From Aestuariivirga sp. (GTDB taxonomy: Bacteria > Pseudomonadota > Alphaproteobacteria > Rhizobiales > Aestuariivirgaceae): a stretch of 64,000 nt of DNA. Position 1 is the first letter of the stretch. Each line of letters starts with the position of its first letter. The translations under genes were made by a program, and so were the position numbers. Positions 37,900 through 46,067 of this stretch are shown piece after piece. The DNA lies in the NCBI RefSeq assembly GCF_046093005.1, contig NZ_JBJTER010000089.1:9816-73815 (forward strand), written 5' to 3'. The notes beneath the pieces were generated by a model. It had not been told where the DNA came from and did not search any database. It was given only the letters and a program-made list of their open reading frames with translations.

Positions 37900-38756
37900 G
37901 CGATGATGGCCGCCACGGCCTCACCATCATCGGATTCGTGGGCAGCGTGTTCTCACCCTATTATGCCTGGGCGCGGCGGCGCGGTTCCGCTGATCCCGAA
38001 AACCATTGCGCGCTCAATGTGGCGCTGTACGGCGACATTGGCCACCGCTGGAGCATGACCGAGCGCGGACGCCGGTCGATCAGCCGTTCGGCAAACCAGT
38101 TCCTTATTGGGCCCAGCGCCATGCGCTGGGAAGGCGGTGATTTGGTCATCGATATCAATGAGATAACGGTTCCTGTTCCAAGCCGGCTGAAAGGCCGGGT
38201 GCGGCTCACGCCTTCCGCCATCTGCGGCCATGAGGTGGCGCTCGATCCGCAGGGGCTCCATATCTGGCGGCCTGTGGCACCGGTCTCGCGGATCACCGCG
38301 GTGTTTGAAAATCCGAAGCTGTCCTGGAGCGGGGCGGGCTATCATGATTCGAACTGGGGCGCGGTGCCGCTGGAGGACAGTTTCGAGAGCTGGGTATGGT
38401 CCCGCGCCGCCACCAGGCATGGCGCGGCGATCATCTATGATACTGTTTTAAAAGGAGGAAAATCGGCGGGCTTCGGGCTGGACATCGCCGCCGACGGCAG
38501 CGTGCGCACCCAGCCGGCGCCGCCCCGCCAGGATATGCCCACCACCTTCTGGCGGATGGCCCGCCACATGCGCGCCAGCCGGCCCTTCCGGATTACCTCG
38601 CTGCTCGAGGATTCGCCCTTCTATTCCCGCAGCTTGCTCCGCCTCGCGACGGAGGACGGCGAGGCCGATGCGTTCCACGAGAGCCTGTCGCTCAATCGTT
38701 TTCGGAACCCCGTTGTGCAACTCATGCTGCCCTTCCGCATGCCCCGCCGGAACTGA
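37698..38756 (+). CDS. crtC: Carotenoid 1,2-hydratase
   Basis: GGYRWWYLDGLSDDGRHGLTIIGFVGSVFSPYY, YHDSNWG, LEDSPFYSR, MLPFRMPR. The start is uncertain: 37698 is the last in-frame ATG before the motif and lies inside crtD. Confidence 0.9.
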   Translation: MDGVISAAGGQDGGAGALSGGGQRASGAGRPDGRALGPFGSGKPHDVKGFDAEVAAGGYRWWYLDGLSDDGRHGLTIIGFVGSVFSPYYAWARRRGSADPENHCALNVALYGDIGHRWSMTERGRRSISRSANQFLIGPSAMRWEGGDLVIDINEITVPVPSRLKGRVRLTPSAICGHEVALDPQGLHIWRPVAPVSRITAVFENPKLSWSGAGYHDSNWGAVPLEDSFESWVWSRAATRHGAAIIYDTVLKGGKSAGFGLDIAADGSVRTQPAPPRQDMPTTFWRMARHMRASRPFRITSLLEDSPFYSRSLLRLATEDGEADAFHESLSLNRFRNPVVQLMLPFRMPRRN

Positions 38757-38777
38757 CTCCGGCACCCAAAAATCATG

Positions 38778-38836
38778 TTGCAAATCGATGCCAAAATGCA
38801 TGCTTTTTGATGCGGTAAGTTGCCAAAATCGATGCC
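38778..38836. repeat. Second phased TGC/GATGC array with A/T tracts after crtC
   Basis: TGC at 38779, 38789, 38801, 38811, 38821 and 38833; TTGC(C)AAA(A)TCGATGCC occurs twice. Confidence 0.5.
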
Positions 38837-39068
38837 GCCGTTGACCATGGGGGTGTCGTCCGGATGCCTTGGCCTGTGATGCCGGCCTTCGTCCTGCAAC
38901 TCAGAATTTTTATCAACAAATCGCTACACGCTCTTGGCGAAATCCGTCAATCTCGTATGACAGTCTGCGCTGTCTGAGGAATCATCGCTGTTTTTCGGCG
39001 CCACTCCCCTTTCCGCAGATGCTGCTGTATGAAAGAGGTCGCGTAAGAAGCGGACGGGAGAAGCGACG

Positions 39069-39980
39069 ATGAAAAACACTGCAAAGCGGCGGCGGGCATG
39101 GTTTGCCCTTGCTGGTTTGGCGTGGCTGGCATGTTCCGGCGGGCCATCGCTTGCTGCCGAGATCAAGATCGATCCGGCGAGCCCCAAGGAGTTCCCGGCG
39201 ATCCTGATCTCCGGCGTCTTCGAGGACGGTGACGACAAGAAGTTCACCGCGCTCGCCCTCGACGTGGACAATGCCATCGTGGTGTTCGAGAGCCCGGGAG
39301 GTAACCTGCTCGCCGGACTCGGCATTGGCCGGGCGATCCGGCTCAAGGAATTCTCCACTGCCGTGGAAGGCGGCGCGCAGTGCGCCTCGGCCTGCGGGCT
39401 GGCCTGGCTCGGCGGCATCAGGCGCTTCGCGCATCCTGAAGCACAGATCGGCTTTCATGCCGCCTATATCGAAAACAACGGACAGGCCACCGAGACCGGG
39501 GCGGGAAACGCCCTGGTTGGCGCCTATCTGAACCAGCTGTCCTTGCCGCAGTCGGCCATTGTGTATCTCACCTCGGCGCCGCCGCATGACATGCAATGGC
39601 TGCCGCTCCAGGAGGCGCGGAACTACGGCATTGACCTCGAGATCATTGGTGCGCCGGAACCGGGGGCGGGCGGCGGCGGCGCCGCCTCCGCCACGGCGAG
39701 CGGCGAGGAGATCGCCGCGGCGCTCGCCGGGAACACGGTGAAAGGCAGCATGACGGAATCCGGCGCCTATGAGGAATTCTACGCCCCCGATGGCGCAATC
39801 AAGGGCGAGGACTTCAGCGGCACATGGCGCATCGACGGCGACAGCATTTGCATCAAGTACGACGACGATCCCGAAGCCTGCTGGGAAGTAAAGCTGGACG
39901 GCGGCGAAGTGACCTGGCTCGACGACGGCGAGGAGCAGGGCACGGGCGTGATCGTGGAGGGGAATCCCAACGAGTTCTGA
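39069..39980 (+). CDS. Exported two-domain hypothetical protein (ClpP/crotonase-like domain plus acidic beta-rich C-terminal domain)
   Basis: Signal peptide, ESPGG, CASAC, IGFHAAY motifs, Gly/Ala linker, acidic C-terminal domain with two Cys. Confidence 0.65.
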   Translation: MKNTAKRRRAWFALAGLAWLACSGGPSLAAEIKIDPASPKEFPAILISGVFEDGDDKKFTALALDVDNAIVVFESPGGNLLAGLGIGRAIRLKEFSTAVEGGAQCASACGLAWLGGIRRFAHPEAQIGFHAAYIENNGQATETGAGNALVGAYLNQLSLPQSAIVYLTSAPPHDMQWLPLQEARNYGIDLEIIGAPEPGAGGGGAASATASGEEIAAALAGNTVKGSMTESGAYEEFYAPDGAIKGEDFSGTWRIDGDSICIKYDDDPEACWEVKLDGGEVTWLDDGEEQGTGVIVEGNPNEF

Positions 39981-40008
39981 GGCCGTGGAACGCTTGGCGC
40001 CCCGCCAC

Positions 40009-40383
40009 TCAGGCGGCGGCGCGCAAATCGAAATCCGCGTGGATCACATCGAAGGGCACATGGACTTTTCCGCCGCCGGTGCGCTCAACAATTCCCCAGC
40101 CGGCGAGCAGCGTCACATCGGCGTGGACCCGCTTAACATCCCGCTCCAGCGCGCGGGCGAGGCCGCGCACGCTCATCGGCCCCGCCTTTTGCAGGTGCTC
40201 CGTGAGTTGCCAGCGCTTGGGGCTCAGGACGGAAAACAGCTGGGCGGGCGAGCTGAAAATGAAAGTGGCGGCGGGATCGCCGGACTTGCCGCTTTTCCAC
40301 GCACGCACGAAGTTCCTGCCCATCGCCGCAACAACGGCTTTGGCGCTGTCATCACGCTGAATTCGAATGACCGCCCGTCTCAT
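40009..40383 (-). CDS. HTH antitoxin-like regulator (HVO_A0114/TumA type)
   Basis: LSPKRWQL, GPMSVRGLARALERDVKRVHADV HTH; 4-bp overlap with the upstream DUF6516 gene. Confidence 0.75.
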   Translation of the reverse strand: MRRAVIRIQRDDSAKAVVAAMGRNFVRAWKSGKSGDPAATFIFSSPAQLFSVLSPKRWQLTEHLQKAGPMSVRGLARALERDVKRVHADVTLLAGWGIVERTGGGKVHVPFDVIHADFDLRAAA

Positions 40384-40664
40384 TCCGGCATCCTCCTGTA
40401 GACTTCCAAAAGAAAATCCCTCATCAGCGCTTCCACCGAGGTGAAACTGTATGGTTTCTCATCGCCGTCCAGGTGGCGGTGATCACCTTTGCCGCGCTCG
40501 TTGTCAAAACCTACCAGTCTTTTGCCGTTCCGGCCGAAATAGAGGCGGTATTTGTAGGCATGGCGGCTTCCCGGTAGCGGTTTTGGAAGCTTCCAGATGA
40601 CCATTTCAACGATCGCTCCATCCGGCAAGACGCGCTTTTCCCGGTGAATGAGCTGCGCTGTCAT
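40380..40664 (-). CDS. DUF6516/TumE-family toxin
   Basis: EMVIWKLPKP, H-x-YKYRL, FDNERGKGDHRH, Y-x-F-x-S; 94 aa. Confidence 0.78.
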   Translation of the reverse strand: MTAQLIHREKRVLPDGAIVEMVIWKLPKPLPGSRHAYKYRLYFGRNGKRLVGFDNERGKGDHRHLDGDEKPYSFTSVEALMRDFLLEVYRRMPE

Positions 40665-40811
40665 GTTGGCTTTTGTGCCAACACTTTTGACTGGTTGTCA
40701 AGGATCAGGAGATGGATGGCGATAGAGCAAGTGCCGCCCACGGCAGACGGCAAGATGCCCGCAAACTTCCTTCTTCCGCCGCGCCAGCGGTGGGAGAAGG
40801 GCCGAAATCGA

Positions 40812-40919
40812 TTACTTCCGCTTATCCCGCCTGAGCTTCCATAACTCCCAGAAGCCGAAGCCCAGGACCAGGCCCAGGACGAGGAGCATTTCCGCGAAAA
40901 TGAGCGAATCCGGGCTCAT
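40812..40919 (-). CDS. 35-aa single-TM peptide translationally coupled to crtB
   Basis: MSPDSLIFAEMLLVLGLVLGFGFWELWKLRRDKRK*; its ATG overlaps the crtB TGA (ATGA). Confidence 0.65.
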   Translation of the reverse strand: MSPDSLIFAEMLLVLGLVLGFGFWELWKLRRDKRK

Positions 40920-41944
40920 GAGCGCTGCTTTTCCAGCCTGGTGAACAGTTCGGTGAGCCATTGCGCGCGTTCGTCCAGGGTGCGCGGCGGGCGCTGCGGA
41001 TCGCCGGCGCGCGAGACCGCATCGACCAGGAACTGCGCCTGCGGCAGGGCAGGCGTGCCGCAGGGCGGCGTGCGCGCCGCCGCGGTGGCGATGGCGCCGC
41101 CCAGCAGGGCGAGTTTTCGCAGCGTCGGCACCACGGCGCGGCGGCCTACGCTGTCGCCGCCATTGCGCTCCACCTCGCGGCCGATGCCGGCATAAAGCAG
41201 CCGCGCGGCGTTGATGGACGGCCGGCAGCCCATGGGCAGCATGGCGATGCCCGCGAGGCTCCGCGCATAAAGCACATCCGCTTCGGCCAGCAGCTGGCCC
41301 ACCACGCGGGCAAGCGCGGGCGAGTGGCGCGGCGCCGCGACAAAGCCATCGGCATCCACACCCGCGTTCGCCAGCCAGTCGAGCGGCAGGTAGACGCGGC
41401 CGTTGCGCGCATCCTCGCCCACATCCCGCGCGATGTTGGTGAGTTGCATGGCAATGCCAAGGTCGCAGGCCCGGGCAATGGCCTCAGGCGCGCGCACCTG
41501 CATGACCAGCGACATCATCGCGCCAACCGTGCCGGCCACGCGCACGGCATAGGCGTGCAGCTCGCCAAGGTTTGGATAGCGGCGGCCGCTGGCGTCCCAG
41601 GCGAAGCCTTCGATGAGGGCTTCCGGAATCTCGCGCGGGATCGCGAAGCGCGCCGCCACGTCGGCAAAGGCGCGGTCGGCGGGGTCATCGCCCGGCGCGC
41701 CGCGGTAGATGCGGTCAAGCCGCTCAAGCAGCGTGTCCACCGCGGCGCGGCTGTCCGGCGTGCGGTCAACAAGGTCATCGGCCACGCGGCAAAAGGCATA
41801 GAGCGAGCGCGAGGCATCGCACACCCGCTGCGGCAGCAGCAGCGAGGCGGTGTAGAAGGTTTTGGAGCCATCGCGGATCATCTGGCGGCACTGCGCCAGA
41901 TCGGCGGGGCTCACCAGGGAACGGTCAGGCGAATGCTGCAGCAT
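40916..41944 (-). CDS. crtB: Phytoene synthase
   Basis: GSKTFY, LYAFCRVADDLVD, RVAGTVG, QLTNIARDVGED, GRVYLP. Confidence 0.95.
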   Translation of the reverse strand: MLQHSPDRSLVSPADLAQCRQMIRDGSKTFYTASLLLPQRVCDASRSLYAFCRVADDLVDRTPDSRAAVDTLLERLDRIYRGAPGDDPADRAFADVAARFAIPREIPEALIEGFAWDASGRRYPNLGELHAYAVRVAGTVGAMMSLVMQVRAPEAIARACDLGIAMQLTNIARDVGEDARNGRVYLPLDWLANAGVDADGFVAAPRHSPALARVVGQLLAEADVLYARSLAGIAMLPMGCRPSINAARLLYAGIGREVERNGGDSVGRRAVVPTLRKLALLGGAIATAAARTPPCGTPALPQAQFLVDAVSRAGDPQRPPRTLDERAQWLTELFTRLEKQRS

Positions 41945-43457
41945 CAGGCACCACGGTGTCGAGAATGCGGGCGGAGGAAATGACGCCGGGAAGGCCAGCG
42001 CCGGGGTGGGTGCCGGCCCCCACCAGGAACAGGTTCTCGATGTCCTCCGCCTTGTTGTTGGGCCGGAACCAGGCGCTTTGCAGCAGCACCGGCTCCAGCC
42101 CGAAGGCGGCCCCCTTGTAGGAGCCAAGCCGGTTTTCGAAATCGATGGGCGTGATCAGCTTCTCCGTGACGATGCTTGCCGAGAGGCCGGGCAGCAGCGT
42201 GGCCTCGAGATGCGCGGCAATCGCCGCGCGGTAGGCTGGCGCGCGGGCCTTCCAGTCGATGCCGGAATCCTGGTGTGGCACCGGCGAAAGCACATAGAAA
42301 CTGTCGCAGCCCGCGGGCGCCAGTTGCGGGTCCGACGCCGTGGGGCGGTGCAGATAGAGGCTGAAATCCTCCGCGAGGTGCTTTCGCGTGAAGATGTCAT
42401 CGAGCAGGCCGCGGTAGCGTGGACCCATCATGATGGTGTGGTGGCGCACGCCGGGATATTGGCGGCCGGTGCCGAAATACCAGACGAACAGGCTCATCGA
42501 ATAGCGGGCGCGGGCGAGCCTCGCATCCGACCAGCGGCGGCGCGGCGCTTTGGCCAGCAGTTTCATGTAGGTATGCGCGGTCTCCGCATTGGAGACGACG
42601 ACCGAAGCCGCGACGGCGCGGCCATCGGCGAGCCGGATGCCGGTGGCGCGGCGGCCATCGAGGGTGATCTCCGCCACCTCGCTGTTGAGGTGAATGGTTC
42701 CGCCCTGGCGTTCGATCAGCCGCGCCATGGCGGCGACCAGCGCGCCGGTGCCGCCGATGGCGCAATGCACGCCGAACTGGCGCTCGAGATAGGCGATCAT
42801 GCTGTAGATGGCAGTGACCTTGAACGGGTTGCCGCCGATGAACAGCGGGTGGAAGCTCAGCGCCATACGGATCTTGGGATCCTTCACGCGCGCCGACACA
42901 TGCTGGTAGACGGTGCGCCAAGCACCGAGCCGCACGAGGTCAGGCGCGATGCGCACCATGCTCATCGGCGAGCCGAAGGGCACATGGCCCAGCTGCTCGA
43001 AGCCGATGCGGTAGATCGCCTCGCTTTCGGCCATGAAGCGCTCATAGCCCTCGACATCGCCCGGCGAAATCCGCGCCACTTCCGCGCGCATGCTGGCGGG
43101 GTCGCCCGAACAGGTCATCACCGTGCCGTCATGGAAGCGGATGTCATAGAAGGGGTCGAGGGCCTTGAGCGTCACGTCATCGGAGAACTTCGCCCCGGCC
43201 AGCGCCCAGAGTTCCTCCAAAATGAAGGGGGCGGTGATGATGGTCGGGCCGGCATCGAAGGTGAAACCGTCCTGGCGGAACACCGAAGCGCGGCCGCCCG
43301 GCTGCTCCAGCTTCTCATAAACGCTCACCCGGTAGCCGCGCGCCCCGAGCCTGATCGCCGCCGCCAGACCGCCCAGCCCGCTGCCGATCACCACGGCATG
43401 CGGGCGCGAACCCACGGTCCGGGCGGGGGGCGGCGGATGTTCGGTGTCTGTAAACAT
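41925..43457 (-). CDS. crtI: Phytoene desaturase
   Basis: VIGSGLGGLAAA, FDAGPTIITAP, HPLFIGGNPF, GAGTHPGAGLPGV. Confidence 0.96.
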   Translation of the reverse strand: MFTDTEHPPPPARTVGSRPHAVVIGSGLGGLAAAIRLGARGYRVSVYEKLEQPGGRASVFRQDGFTFDAGPTIITAPFILEELWALAGAKFSDDVTLKALDPFYDIRFHDGTVMTCSGDPASMRAEVARISPGDVEGYERFMAESEAIYRIGFEQLGHVPFGSPMSMVRIAPDLVRLGAWRTVYQHVSARVKDPKIRMALSFHPLFIGGNPFKVTAIYSMIAYLERQFGVHCAIGGTGALVAAMARLIERQGGTIHLNSEVAEITLDGRRATGIRLADGRAVAASVVVSNAETAHTYMKLLAKAPRRRWSDARLARARYSMSLFVWYFGTGRQYPGVRHHTIMMGPRYRGLLDDIFTRKHLAEDFSLYLHRPTASDPQLAPAGCDSFYVLSPVPHQDSGIDWKARAPAYRAAIAAHLEATLLPGLSASIVTEKLITPIDFENRLGSYKGAAFGLEPVLLQSAWFRPNNKAEDIENLFLVGAGTHPGAGLPGVISSARILDTVVPDAAAFA

Positions 43458-43466
43458 CTCCTGACA
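43449..43466. promoter_or_regulatory. PpsR palindrome over the crtI start
   Basis: TGTAAACATCTCCTGACA (TGT-N12-ACA); a degenerate partner begins 8 bp away at 43475. Confidence 0.7.
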
Positions 43467-43507
43467 GTAGAAACTGTCAGACTGATTTTGGCAAGGGGGA
43501 GCGGCGC

Positions 43508-44383
43508 CTATCGCAATGCGAAACGCTCCGGCGCCGCGATGATGGCGGCGGCGGTCGCGGGGTCTTCCTCATGGGCGAGGTGGCCCAGCCCCTTCATCTC
43601 GATGAGGCGCGGCTGGCGGGTGAGGCGCGCCGCCTCGGCCGCCTTGGCGGGCGCGATGGTGCGGTCATTGCTGGCCCACACGAGGGTGAGCGGCAGGGGC
43701 AGGTTGCGCAGGTCCTGTGGCACCCAGTGCAGGTCCCAGGCGGCCATCATGCCGAGCGCGCCCGCCACATGGCCTTCGTTGGAGAACAGGCGCTGGTAGA
43801 GGCTGACGCCCTCGGCGTCGATGTTGGAGCCGGTGTCGCGCAACAGCCGCTCCACCGCCTTGCGGTCAGCCATGCGGGCAAACACCTTCTGAATGAGCGA
43901 GGCATTGGCGAAGGCCCGGGCGAGCGGCGAGAAGAACTGGCCGGCCATGCCGCTCACCGGAAAGAAGGCGCCGTTGAAGCTGACGAGGTCCCGCGGCGCG
44001 AACAGCCGCTCCACCGCCATGCGCACCATGACCGCGGCCCCCGCCGAGTGGCCTGCGGCGCGCACCGGTTCAACCTTGAGCGCCTGCAGGAGCCGCGCCA
44101 CCGCCGCGGCCATGCCGGGAAGCGACAGGCTTTCCGGCGTCGGCCGGATGGTGAAGGCGTGGCCCGGCAGATCGGGCGCAATGACCGTGAAATGCTGGGC
44201 GAGCTTCGGCATCACGTCGCGCCAGGAATGAGTCGAGGCGCCGGTGCCGTGGAGCAGCAGGAGCGGCGGGCCATCGCCCATCACCTGCACATGCCAGCGC
44301 ATGCCGGCGGCCTCGACGAAACGGCTGGCCTGACGGTTGGGCCAGCCGGCGCCGTCGGTCGCCCAGTCGAGATAATAGCCCAT
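43508..44383 (-). CDS. bchO: Alpha/beta hydrolase BchO
   Basis: WPNRQASRFV, LLHGTGASTHSW, GHSAG, GHLAHEE; follows bchD. Confidence 0.9.
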   Translation of the reverse strand: MGYYLDWATDGAGWPNRQASRFVEAAGMRWHVQVMGDGPPLLLLHGTGASTHSWRDVMPKLAQHFTVIAPDLPGHAFTIRPTPESLSLPGMAAAVARLLQALKVEPVRAAGHSAGAAVMVRMAVERLFAPRDLVSFNGAFFPVSGMAGQFFSPLARAFANASLIQKVFARMADRKAVERLLRDTGSNIDAEGVSLYQRLFSNEGHVAGALGMMAAWDLHWVPQDLRNLPLPLTLVWASNDRTIAPAKAAEAARLTRQPRLIEMKGLGHLAHEEDPATAAAIIAAPERFALR

Positions 44384-44384
44384 G

Positions 44385-46067
44385 TCAGGCGTCCGTTGGC
44401 ATGGCGGCCGCCACCGCGCGCGAGATCGACGCGGCATCGGCGCGCGGCAGGGCGAGATATTGCGCAGCCATCGCCTCGGCCACCCGCTGGGCGGGCCCAC
44501 CTCTGGCATCGGCGAGATCGATCATCAGCGCGCGCACGCCGGCCAGCCGCAGCATCCTGGCCGCCGCCTCGGCATCGGCCAGTGCGGCTGGCCGGCTGGC
44601 GGCGCCATCGCGCGCGATATTGGCCTTGCCGTCGGTGAGGAACACGGCGAGCGGCGTGCCGCCGGCGCGCCGCACTTGGGTGGCCACTTCCACCGCCTGG
44701 GCGATGCCCGCCGCCAGCGGGGTGCCACCGCCACCCGGCAGATCGGCCAGGGATTTGCGCGCCCGCTGCAGCGAGCGGGTGGGCGGCAGCAGAACTTCCG
44801 CCGCCTTGCCGCGAAAGGCGATGAGGGCGGTGCGGTCCCGCCTGACGTAACAATCGGCCAGCAGCAGCTCAACCGCGCCCTTGGCCTCCGCCATGCGGTG
44901 CACCGCCGCCGAGCCCGACGCATCGACCACGAAGATCGCCGTGGTCTCCCGCTTCTGCTGGTAGCGCCGGATGCGGAGATCAGTACTGGTGACGATCAGC
45001 CCCTGGCGCCCGGGTGCTGCGCGGCGGCGCAATGGCTGCCATGGGGCGGCCGCCCGCAACGTATCGACCAGCGCCAGCCGCGCGCCGTTGCGTGGCTCAC
45101 CAGCCCGCGTCCCGGCCGGGCGGCCGCGCGTGACGCCCAGCTTTTCGGAGGCCGCGCCGGCGCCGGATTTCGCCTGGCTCTGGCGCAGATTCTGTTCCAG
45201 CGCCGCCAGCAGGCCTTGTGGCAGGGACGCCTTAACGGCGGCCAGCAGCAGCTCCGACATCTCCCGCGCGGAGGGGTTGCCGTCAGACTTATTTGCATCG
45301 TTCTCGTCCGACGCGGGCGGGGGTGGCGGCGTTTCGGGCTCCGCCGCCGCTTCCGGAACCGGAAAGCGCAGCGCGCGCGGCGCCAGCACGAGGCGGACGG
45401 CGGCCGTGGCATCGTCCTGCGAGACCTCCCGCCTGCCATCCAGCGCGGCGGTGGCGCGGGCGGCGGCACAGGCGAACAGGGCCGGGCGCAAGGAATTGAT
45501 CCCCAGGCTCAGCGCAGCCCCGCACAGCGCGGCGGTGATGACATCCGGCAGCACGACATTGGGCAGCAGCGCTCTGGCCGCGGCCAGATCTTGCCAGGCT
45601 GTGAGGGTTTCGTCGAAATCCTCAGGGAGATCGAGCAGGAAGGCGGCGCGTTCGGCCAGGGCCGGGGGTGCGCGTTCGTCATCCTGGCCTTCATCGCAAA
45701 CGATAAGAAGATATTCTCCTGGACGCTCATCCACCGCCGCGGCGATGAAGCCTGCCTTGGAAGGTGTAAGGCGCTCGCCGGAGGCGATCAGCAAGACGCC
45801 GCCGCGCGCTTCCGCGAGGAGCCCCGGGTCGAGGCAGGGCTTGCCGGTGCGCAGCGTTTCCGCGACATAGAGGCTGCCCGCCAGACGATCCGCCCCGATA
45901 TGCGGCGGCAGGCGGAACATGCGGCGCTCCGGCAACAGGCGGCGGATGCCGGCGATGAAAGCCTCGGGCCCCGGCCCGCCCGGCCCGCGCAGCACCGCGC
46001 CGCCGAGCCCTGCCGGATCGATGGCGAGCAGGGCGAGCGCCGCAGCCCAGCTCTCCGCCGCCATCAC
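44385..46067 (-). CDS. bchD: Magnesium chelatase subunit D
   Basis: Degenerate AAA N-terminus, Pro/acidic linker, vWA domain FVVDASGS, GGGTPLA, TDGKAN. Confidence 0.95.
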   Translation of the reverse strand: MMAAESWAAALALLAIDPAGLGGAVLRGPGGPGPEAFIAGIRRLLPERRMFRLPPHIGADRLAGSLYVAETLRTGKPCLDPGLLAEARGGVLLIASGERLTPSKAGFIAAAVDERPGEYLLIVCDEGQDDERAPPALAERAAFLLDLPEDFDETLTAWQDLAAARALLPNVVLPDVITAALCGAALSLGINSLRPALFACAAARATAALDGRREVSQDDATAAVRLVLAPRALRFPVPEAAAEPETPPPPPASDENDANKSDGNPSAREMSELLLAAVKASLPQGLLAALEQNLRQSQAKSGAGAASEKLGVTRGRPAGTRAGEPRNGARLALVDTLRAAAPWQPLRRRAAPGRQGLIVTSTDLRIRRYQQKRETTAIFVVDASGSAAVHRMAEAKGAVELLLADCYVRRDRTALIAFRGKAAEVLLPPTRSLQRARKSLADLPGGGGTPLAAGIAQAVEVATQVRRAGGTPLAVFLTDGKANIARDGAASRPAALADAEAAARMLRLAGVRALMIDLADARGGPAQRVAEAMAAQYLALPRADAASISRAVAAAMPTDA

